This document shows positions 1 to 7,220 of a stretch of 64,000 nt of DNA, piece by piece. Source of the stretch: a virus. Position numbers and translations under genes: made by a program. The notes below the pieces were generated by a model. That model worked only from the letters and a program-made list of their open reading frames with translations, had not been told where the DNA came from and ran no database searches. The DNA lies in IMG/VR virus record IMGVR_UViG_2617270889_000001; one strand, given 5' to 3'. Each line of letters begins with the position of its first letter. The first letter of the stretch is position 1.

Positions 1-222
1 TGCCTCAGTGCCACCAGAGGTAAAAACGATTGATTCAGGATTGGCAGCGTTAATTAAACTAGCAACTTGAACTCTGGCTTGTTCAACAACCGTTGCAGCC
101 CGTTGTCCCCACTCATGTAAGCTGGAAGGATTGCCCCACTGTTGAGTCAGGACTGTTTGTATAACTGCGATCGCTTCTTTTCGAGTGGGAGTAGTAGCGC
201 TGTAATCTAGATAAATTTGCAT
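1..222 (-). CDS. Cysteine desulfurase (IscS/NifS-like class V aminotransferase), 5' part; continues beyond window start (host gene)
   Basis: Minus-strand ATG at 222 reads MQIYLDYSATTP...QWGNPSSLHEWG, with the family YLDxxATT and GNPSSxH motifs; translated by hand. Confidence 0.9.
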   Translation of the reverse strand, partial: MQIYLDYSATTPTRKEAIAVIQTVLTQQWGNPSSLHEWGQRAATVVEQARVQVASLINAANPESIVFTSGGTEA

Positions 223-440
223 ATAGCCGATAATGGTGAGAACACACTTTGGTAATAAGCTGGTGATCTTTTCAGAAGATGCAGTTTACGTGGATAAATC
301 CTGAAAAAAATCTTGGTAATTCTGCATCTAGGAGTGGATTTTTCCCTTTGTTTGGAAAGTTATTTTTCTAATTAATTTAGAACACAAAATTTTGGGAATG
401 ATAAATCTGTCCACTCCCAATCCACTTTTAACAGATTACA

Positions 441-1508
441 GTGCAACTTATCTCTAGACAAAGATATTTTTCATATATCTTTTTACTGATATTCTCCCTC
501 GCTGGTTGTCAACGAGTCCAGTCTTTCAATCAGCGTCCAGCACCTTTACCACAAGACCCTTTAGTTCAAGTTTACTTTAACCATTCTGAGTCTTCAGAAT
601 ACAAAGAAGCTTACCGTCAGCAAACTCGCTTGGGGGATGATTTAGAAAAAGAAATTGTCAATGCTATTACGCACGCTAAATCTACGATTGATGTGGCGGT
701 GCAAGAATTACGTTTACCCAAAGTTGCCCAAGCACTGGTTGATAGACAAAAAGCTGGGGTAAAAGTCAGGATAATTTTAGAAAATACCTACAGCAGACCT
801 TGGAGTAGTTTAACATCTGCTGAAGTAAGTAAGTTAGATAAAAGGGAACAAGAACGCTACAACGAATTTCGCAAATTTATCGATATTAACCAAGATAATC
901 AACTCAGCCCAGCAGAAATCAATCAAAGAGATGCTTTAATAATTTTGCAGAATGCTAAAATTCCCTGGATAGACGATCGAGCAGATGGTTCAGCAGGTAG
1001 CAGCTTGATGCACCACAAATTTGTGATTGTAGATAATCGCATTGTCATTATCACTTCGGCCAATTTTACTTTAAGTGATACTTATGGTGATTTCACAAAT
1101 TCCAATACTTTAGGCAATGCCAATAACTTATTGGAGATTGACAGCCCAGAATTAGCATCTTTATTTACAGAAGAGTTTAATATTATGTGGGGAGATGGGC
1201 CAGGAGGTAAGCCAGATAGTCGATTTGGGTTAGAAAAACCGATAAGATCGCCTAAAAAAATTACATTAAATCAAACTACAATTACTGTGCAATTTTCACC
1301 AACTTCTCCGACTGAACCCTGGAGTAATAGTAGTAATGGTTTAATTGGTAAAACTTTAGATTCAGCAACCAAATCTGTTGATATGGCGTTATTTGTCCTT
1401 TCCGATCAGCGACTTGCTAATATCTTAGAAAATCGCCATCAACAAAATGTACAAATTCGCGCTTTAATTGAACCACAATTTGCATATCGTCCCTACAAGG
1501 ACGGTTAA
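441..1508 (+). pseudogene. comA: 5' part of PLD-superfamily competence nuclease (cyanobacterial ComA/slr0197-like), truncated by prophage insertion
   Basis: Lipoprotein-type signal (FSLAGC); one HKD motif (MHHKFVIVD) and SANFT; ends abruptly at FAYRPYKDG*, before the second HKD and the C-terminal HhH domain expected for this family. Confidence 0.75.
1488..1503. other. Candidate attL core: CGTCC-ctacaa-GGACG
   Basis: 5-bp inverted arms with a 6-bp spacer, at the point where comA-like coding stops; geometry resembles a tyrosine-recombinase core site. Confidence 0.45.
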
Positions 1509-1519
1509 GGCGGCAAATC

Positions 1520-1592
1520 AATGAAGGAAGCAGGAAGACGAAAGAAGGATGAAGTTAAGTCATCCCTCTTCCTACGAACTTCTTCCTTCATT
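1520..1592. terminator. Purine/pyrimidine heptamer-repeat hairpin, probable bidirectional terminator
   Basis: AATGAAGGAAG (1520-1530) pairs with CTTCCTTCATT (1582-1592) between convergent genes; related hairpins at about 9487-9600 and 10746-10803. Confidence 0.55.
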
Positions 1593-2061
1593 CTTTTTCA
1601 ACCCGCGTGGCGATCGCCCTTAGTAAATCCGCCAAATCAACCTGAGACATCAACTCAAGGTGGAAGGATACCCCTTCACCTTTGACACCATTGAGGGAAA
1701 CTTTAGGTTGGGATAACCGGGCAATGATGTGCTGTGCCACCCTTGCGGCTTCTCTATCTGGCAATTGATCCACTACTGGAATTACGTCTTCAGCAAACTT
1801 GTACTCTCTCACTGGTTGCGGCGCATTCTCACTGGCGCAAATGGCTATTAGTTCATCTCTGGTATAACCTAAGTGCGGCGCTAGCTTCTCAAGGGTTTTA
1901 AGTTCTGGCTCTTTCACCTCACCTTTTAAAATTCGCTCAATAGCTGGAGGTGATAAACCGACTTTTTTAGCAAAAGCCCTTTTTGATAGATGCCCTCTTG
2001 CCTTCTCAATAATTTCTGCCAGTTTTTCTATGCCCTCGTAGGTGTACACAGTTTTTGCCAT
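1588..2061 (-). CDS. XRE-family HTH prophage repressor (CI-like)
   Basis: N-terminal HTH LSKRAFAKKVGLSPPAIERILKG...LEKLA; divergent from the early operon. Confidence 0.85.
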   Translation of the reverse strand: MAKTVYTYEGIEKLAEIIEKARGHLSKRAFAKKVGLSPPAIERILKGEVKEPELKTLEKLAPHLGYTRDELIAICASENAPQPVREYKFAEDVIPVVDQLPDREAARVAQHIIARLSQPKVSLNGVKGEGVSFHLELMSQVDLADLLRAIATRVEKE

Positions 2062-2105
2062 ACACCCAGAATTACTGTTATACGTGAAACTTTACAAGAT
2101 AGCAT

Positions 2106-2151
2106 TGCAACACTATGTGTTTCATGATAAAGTGCAACATATAGTGTTTCA
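2106..2151. promoter_or_regulatory. Two tandem 19-bp palindromic operators
   Basis: TGCAACA-CTATG-TGTTTCA (2106-2124) and TGCAACA-TATAG-TGTTTCA (2133-2151) in the divergent intergenic region. Confidence 0.75.
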
Positions 2152-2161
2152 AAGAAGGTTT

Positions 2162-2635
2162 ATGCGCGTTAGAAAAAAGGAAATAGATGATTTTGTTAGT
2201 GAAAAAATCATCTATTCACCCACTAATGAATATCGTCATTGCTTGCATATCTTTGCTGCAATCGGCAAAGAGTTAATTTCTATTTACGCTTTGAAGTCTT
2301 GCAAAAAACAGATTGCTGGACTTTCACCATTACATTTCAAAATTAAACAGTCTATAGGAAAAAGAGAAAATCCGGTAACTATTTATATAGATAGGGAACT
2401 AGATGAACTTTTGAAAAAGTTTGAAGGGATTCCCCGCTCTCATGTTTTAGAAAGATGTTTAATTTTGGAGGTTGATGAACGAATTTCTAAATGGAGATGT
2501 GAAACTCCACTGCAATTTATTGGTTTAATGTCGTCAGAAACGCCTTTGAAAGACCTTAAGGGCGAGGTTTCATTAGGCAATGAAAGCCCCGCACCTATTG
2601 GGCGGGGAAATAAGTACGCGCAGGTAGCGGCATGA
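2162..2635 (+). CDS. Cro-position regulator with ribbon-helix-helix-like segment; start revised to ATG 2162
   Basis: PVTIYIDRELDELLKKFEGIPRSHVLERCL is a strand-helix-helix pattern; the longer ORF start at 2042 overlaps the repressor and operators. Confidence 0.55.
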   Translation: MRVRKKEIDDFVSEKIIYSPTNEYRHCLHIFAAIGKELISIYALKSCKKQIAGLSPLHFKIKQSIGKRENPVTIYIDRELDELLKKFEGIPRSHVLERCLILEVDERISKWRCETPLQFIGLMSSETPLKDLKGEVSLGNESPAPIGRGNKYAQVAA

Positions 2636-2817
2636 TAACACCTGCACAGCTTCTCAATTCATCAGCAACCAGATATCAACAGGCTCTTAACAACCTGCTT
2701 AAGTTTTGGCACATCAACGGGCAGTGCAAAACCTGCCCATATCGCACAAATTGCAGGGTACTGATTGAGCAGCAGATAGCTATTAAGGAGGAGGTTAAAG
2801 TCCTAATAAAAAAATAA
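2632..2817 (+). CDS. Small phage hypothetical protein with CxxC-x-C motif
   Basis: ATGA overlap with the upstream gene; CKTCPYRTNC. Confidence 0.6.
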   Translation: MITPAQLLNSSATRYQQALNNLLKFWHINGQCKTCPYRTNCRVLIEQQIAIKEEVKVLIKK

Positions 2818-2839
2818 GTTGCGAATCTCACCTCGCAAC
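2818..2839 (+). terminator. Hairpin after first early genes (tR1-like)
   Basis: GTTGCGA-8nt-TCGCAAC immediately after the 2817 stop. Confidence 0.4.
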
Positions 2840-3012
2840 CTGAATAATTTATTCCTTTGTTTACAAACCAAATAAGAATCTAACAACTTGATATTTAGCA
2901 AGCGCTAAATACGGGATTGTTGTTACCTGATTGCATATTGGGTCTTTATTAGGTTTTTATTATCGCACAAAAACCCTTAGATTTCTAGGCTTCCAACGAC
3001 ATATTTGATAAT

Positions 3013-3033
3013 GCGATTTTTTATTAAAATCGC
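3013..3033. promoter_or_regulatory. Inverted repeat upstream of replication operon
   Basis: GCGATTTT-ttatt-AAAATCGC in an AT-rich intergenic region. Confidence 0.4.
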
Positions 3034-3077
3034 GTGTTTACGTATATACTTACATACTTTACAAGGAGAGTATACCA

Positions 3078-3977
3078 GTGTCCAATATCACGATTTTATC
3101 TGGTTCTGAATTAGATAAAAAGCACCAGCTAGAGCAATCAATATTAGAGGGCATTGAAGCGGGTAAAAAAGGCTTTCAGCAAGCCGCCCAAGCTTTATTA
3201 AGAATTGATGAACTTGCACTATGGAGGGGCGAGGCAGTTTCATTTGATGCCTATCGCCAAAAATTCAAGGCGGTGCTAGAAGATTTAGATATCACAGACA
3301 GACACTTAAACAGGTTACTTGCTGCTGAGAAGTGTGTACAAATGTTAAGACCAATTGGTCTTAACATTTGTACACACAAAGAAAGTCATATCCGACCGTT
3401 GACCCAACTTAAGGAGCCGCTTCAGGTACAGCAGGCTTACAAACGAGCGCTAGACATGGCTGAGAAGGAAGGGTGCAATCTCAAAGCCGAACACGTACAA
3501 AAGGCTGTAGAAGAGATAAAACCGCCCAAGGTGAGGCTTGGGAAGTCACCACGCCCCCCAATTGGGGCAACAGTGCGGATACTTCCCCACTATGCCGAAG
3601 AGGAGTTTCACGGTGCAGAAGGTGTAATTGCCCAGCATCCATCAGTCGATCGGTGCATTGTCAGATTTGGAGATGAAACCAGCAAGCTGATTCCTGACAA
3701 CATGCTTGTGTGGGTAGAAGAAGTTAGGGAAGTAACCTCAACCAAACAGGAAGCTAAGGAACAAGCGATCGCCCTTGGGGTAAGAGTCGGATTACAAGCA
3801 TTGCCAGATATCGAGCGTAATGAGGGAATTGCCAGCGAGAGGGAGCAGATTGAAGTGGAGGTGGCGATCGCTTCTTTCTTGCGATTGCTACCCAAGTTTT
3901 CGTACCAGCAGAAAGGTTTGGTGTATGAGCAATTGATGAAAAGTGGGTTTGCGCCAAAGAGGTCACAAGCAGCATGA
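3078..3977 (+). CDS. Phage DNA-binding-type hypothetical protein with C-terminal KOW/SH3-like domain
   Basis: AAQALLRIDELALWR...SFDAY...RHLNRLLAA helical motif typical of phage early proteins; GATVRI...EGVI...CIVRF KOW-like; RBS AAGGAG. Confidence 0.6.
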   Translation: MSNITILSGSELDKKHQLEQSILEGIEAGKKGFQQAAQALLRIDELALWRGEAVSFDAYRQKFKAVLEDLDITDRHLNRLLAAEKCVQMLRPIGLNICTHKESHIRPLTQLKEPLQVQQAYKRALDMAEKEGCNLKAEHVQKAVEEIKPPKVRLGKSPRPPIGATVRILPHYAEEEFHGAEGVIAQHPSVDRCIVRFGDETSKLIPDNMLVWVEEVREVTSTKQEAKEQAIALGVRVGLQALPDIERNEGIASEREQIEVEVAIASFLRLLPKFSYQQKGLVYEQLMKSGFAPKRSQAA

Positions 3978-4306
3978 AATATACCAATTTACCCCAACCA
4001 ATTCCAAAACGAATATTGGGGATAGCTATTAACCGTCAACCTGGGGCGACTGGGCTTTGGGTAACGAGTAAGTACGATGTCTGGCATCTGCCAAACGGAT
4101 TGATATTCAAGCTAGGCGATCCCCTAAGAGTGAGTTGGTTCAAAGAAGGTAGAGAAGCGACAAGGGAAGAAGTACTTGAATCAATCAACAGTGGCTACCC
4201 AATCCTTCTAGAAGCCGCTCAAATCGATGGTGCTGGGGCTGTTAAGAAATTGGAAGAAATGCGCGATCGGGCTTTGGAATTATTACCAGTGACGGTGACG
4301 GTATGA
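3974..4306 (+). CDS. Phage hypothetical protein
   Basis: ATGA-coupled on both sides within the early operon. Confidence 0.7.
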   Translation: MKYTNLPQPIPKRILGIAINRQPGATGLWVTSKYDVWHLPNGLIFKLGDPLRVSWFKEGREATREEVLESINSGYPILLEAAQIDGAGAVKKLEEMRDRALELLPVTVTV

Positions 4307-5451
4307 GAGAAAGCTGTATATCGCACAAACCCAAATCACTGCTACTGGTTATCCGTGAAGACTATTTTAGGTTAGCAAAGTGTGACAAAGTACTATCCGC
4401 TTTACTTTCAGTTTTTGAATATTGGGCCAATGGTGAAATCTCCAAAAATCCCTCTTTAGCAGAAGAATCAATAGATTTAGGGATTCGCACAATATCAGAA
4501 ATTGAAAAACTGACCTTGTGGATTGCGACAGACAAACAGATCCGCACCAAGCTTAAGGAGCTTGAAGAATTAGGCTTCGTATCATCTTGTAAAGGAGTAG
4601 GCAATCACACCGCATACAGCCTTCACGTTCCCTACTTGCAGCAAGCCTTAGATGCACTTGATTGGTCTCTATCTTTATCAGAATTACGAAAACAAAACCC
4701 TTCTCGATGCACCCATACCTCCGGTTTATTAACCGAACCCCCTCCGGTTAATAAACCGCACCCCTCCGGTTTATTAACCGAACCCCCTCCGGTTAATAAA
4801 CCGCACCCCTCCGGTTTATTAACCGAACCACTATATATAGAAGAATTTAAGAATTTAATTAAAGAATGTGTAAGAAGCGCTGACGCACAAAACACACACA
4901 CTGACGACGAGGACGAGGTTGATTTTGCTAGTGCAACCTCTCGTAGAGAAGAAAACCAATCACCTGTAGATCCTTTTCTTGCCACCAATCCCAAAGAAGA
5001 ACCTGCGCTTTTGCCCCACGTCTTACCGCTTGAATCGAATATTCCGGCGAATGAGAATAACAATCATTTTCATAAAACAGCAGATAGAGTGCGATCGCAG
5101 TGGGAGCAAACAGGGGTATTGCCAAAAATCCCAATGGAAATAGATGCATGGGCGGCGATTGATTTAGGGCAAGAGGTGATTAATGCTTACCGTTTGAGTG
5201 GCAGGATAACCACTATCAAGCGGGGTGATATTGTGCCTGAATTTGCCTTATACGTGAGCGGTCAAAACAAAGGTAAAGATGTTGATTACGGCTACGCATA
5301 TATCAAAAAACTGGAATTAGATCCGCGCCAATGGGAGACTCTAGCCGCATTGGTTTTGAAGTGGCAAACATCACATCAGACGGGTAATCGCAGTATCAGC
5401 ATTGTCCGTGAGGTCAAACGTAGACCGCTAATTGAGCTTAATTTGAGGTAA
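4303..5451 (+). CDS. Phage replication initiator (lambda O-like: N-terminal wHTH, internal iterons)
   Basis: QIRTKLKELEELGFVS wHTH motif; in-frame repeat block; followed by a loader-like gene. Confidence 0.75.
   Translation: MRESCISHKPKSLLLVIREDYFRLAKCDKVLSALLSVFEYWANGEISKNPSLAEESIDLGIRTISEIEKLTLWIATDKQIRTKLKELEELGFVSSCKGVGNHTAYSLHVPYLQQALDALDWSLSLSELRKQNPSRCTHTSGLLTEPPPVNKPHPSGLLTEPPPVNKPHPSGLLTEPLYIEEFKNLIKECVRSADAQNTHTDDEDEVDFASATSRREENQSPVDPFLATNPKEEPALLPHVLPLESNIPANENNNHFHKTADRVRSQWEQTGVLPKIPMEIDAWAAIDLGQEVINAYRLSGRITTIKRGDIVPEFALYVSGQNKGKDVDYGYAYIKKLELDPRQWETLAALVLKWQTSHQTGNRSISIVREVKRRPLIELNLR
4718..4867. repeat. Putative replication origin: 45-bp tandem repeat (2.5 copies) = five alternating 14-bp iterons, then AT-rich tract
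   Basis: Units start at 4718, 4763 and 4808; CGGTTTATTAACCG alternates with its reverse complement CGGTTAATAAACCG; followed by ctatatatagaagaatttaagaatttaattaaagaat. Confidence 0.8.
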
Positions 5452-5454
5452 ATC

Positions 5455-6093
5455 ATGCTAACTCGTGAAAATTTTGAAGCCTGCATTCAGGAATTAGAAA
5501 GTTTTTATAACGGCACTATTCTTAACGGAGGAATTTTAGAATCTGTTTGGTACAAGACTTTAAAGCACTTACCTTTGGAAAAATTACAAAGTGCGATCGC
5601 GGGATGTTTTAAGAAGCATCCACGCCAGTACAATTTTTTCCCCTCAGCCGGACAGATTTTAGATTTTGCAAATTTTGTAGGGGGCGAGTATAGGGAGCCA
5701 GGGGAATCCATATTAGGGGATTTCAGCTTACCTATATTGCCTTCTGTTGAAGAAAGGCTTACGCCTGAGCAAAAGGCTGAATTAAATAAGCGCGGGAGAC
5801 TCCAAGCGCGGATTATAGTGAATGCTCAAAGCTGGATGACACCAGAACAAAAAGACGCTCTTGTAGAGCAACTAAAGCTTAAAGAAACTCACGAGTTAGA
5901 GGCGATCGCTTCTACGTCTGCGCGATTACCACGTCGTCCTAAATTCAACAATCTTTCTTTGACGATTAAAAATTTAGAGCAGGAGTTGGGCATACAATGC
6001 GACTACGAAGAAGAGGAAGTCACGAGTGAGGTAAAAGCCTCAAGCTATGACACAAGAGCAATTGCTCGTCAGTGGTTGGAGGGATCTCGATGA
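5455..6093 (+). CDS. Helicase loader/inhibitor-like protein (lambda P / SPP1 G39P-like position and motif)
   Basis: WYKTLKHLPLEKLQSAIAGCF...FFPSAGQIL; directly after the initiator. Confidence 0.6.
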   Translation: MLTRENFEACIQELESFYNGTILNGGILESVWYKTLKHLPLEKLQSAIAGCFKKHPRQYNFFPSAGQILDFANFVGGEYREPGESILGDFSLPILPSVEERLTPEQKAELNKRGRLQARIIVNAQSWMTPEQKDALVEQLKLKETHELEAIASTSARLPRRPKFNNLSLTIKNLEQELGIQCDYEEEEVTSEVKASSYDTRAIARQWLEGSR

Positions 6094-6542
6094 CTAAAAT
6101 TGACTTCATCCTCCGGCAATCCGCAACCAACAGAGATCAACTCACAACCCTAAGCGACACCCAATTAGAAATGGCGTGGAGCATCGCTCGCTATGACGTA
6201 AAAGCGGCTTACAGGTACTGCGTGATGATGGATGCCAAAAACCAGATGAAATGCCCATCCTGTGGCAAGGAATTTGTAAATTCCTACGAACAACATGATG
6301 GAAGTATGGCTTTTGTTTGTGCGTCGTGTAGTCCAAGAAGGAAGAAGAATTCGGAATTCCCTCTGCCTTCATTGACACTAAACCCATCCGACTATCACAC
6401 CGTATGCACTGGGAAACCAATTTGCATTGATGCCCAAACCGCCAAGCATCAAGCTAAGAAATGCAAAATCATCAACAAAGTTACGGGAGCTTGTGTGGTG
6501 CGAACTTTGGTTATGGTGGGCGATCGCGGGTACTGGCAATAA
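6090..6542 (+). CDS. Zn-ribbon phage protein; start revised to ATG 6090
   Basis: CPSCG...CASC; ATGA overlap with the upstream stop. Confidence 0.65.
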   Translation: MTKIDFILRQSATNRDQLTTLSDTQLEMAWSIARYDVKAAYRYCVMMDAKNQMKCPSCGKEFVNSYEQHDGSMAFVCASCSPRRKKNSEFPLPSLTLNPSDYHTVCTGKPICIDAQTAKHQAKKCKIINKVTGACVVRTLVMVGDRGYWQ

Positions 6543-6563
6543 AAACATAAAGGTATTGTAAAA

Positions 6564-7220
6564 ATGATTGATAGAGAAACTCTTGGTAAAACTGTTCGCC
6601 GTGCCTTGGTCAATTGGGCAAAAGAGCAAGAAAACCCTCCTACTTTTTGGAATGACTCGGATGAGTATCAAGAAGTAAACGAACATATTGGCGAAGCCGT
6701 GCAACGAGCAATATTGAGAGAGTTTGCCGACCATGTTGTTTGGTTCAGTGGTGACGACGAGCGCCATGCCATACCCTCAGAAGGGATGGTAAAACTAATC
6801 AACTACGTAGAAAAAGAACTAAACCAAAGCAACGTTAATCTTGCCAATTTGCACAGTTCAATTGTTTGGGGTATCCGTAAAGTTAAATCTGATGAACGTG
6901 ATATTGCAGTCAGATTTTTAGCTTTTAAGGATGACACTTTAGCTTACTTACGAGCACTGGTTTTAATTACCGAGATGGCCAACGGCGACCAAACCCACGC
7001 TGAGAAAAGAATTCTGCTTAATCATCTAATCAAGCAATTAGAAGGGGCGATCGTTAAAATTCGCAACGTTGAAAACTATCTCCTTACCAATTATTGGGAA
7101 AGGGAGGATGTTTTTAAATCCGATTATCCGAACCGATATTGGCGAGAAAAGGTTGCTCAGTTAGAAGAAGAAATTAAAAGTTTGAAATCTGGTAAGCCGC
7201 CAAATGAATCACCATTTTAA
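6564..7220 (+). CDS. Phage hypothetical protein (helical)
   Basis: 218-aa ORF in the operon, overlaps the next gene. Confidence 0.7.
   Translation: MIDRETLGKTVRRALVNWAKEQENPPTFWNDSDEYQEVNEHIGEAVQRAILREFADHVVWFSGDDERHAIPSEGMVKLINYVEKELNQSNVNLANLHSSIVWGIRKVKSDERDIAVRFLAFKDDTLAYLRALVLITEMANGDQTHAEKRILLNHLIKQLEGAIVKIRNVENYLLTNYWEREDVFKSDYPNRYWREKVAQLEEEIKSLKSGKPPNESPF

Noticed and set aside
441-1508. Stand-alone phage PLD nuclease or defence gene
   Set aside because: Lipoprotein signal, position next to a host cysteine desulfurase gene and an abrupt ending favour a truncated chromosomal comA.
2042-2161. ORF-track N-terminal extension of the 2042-2635 ORF
   Set aside because: It overlaps the divergent repressor start and both operators; ATG 2162 is preferred.
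4718-4829. Regularly spaced repeats as a CRISPR array
   Set aside because: The intervening sequences are identical rather than unique spacers, the period keeps the reading frame, and no cas genes are present; better explained as iterons.
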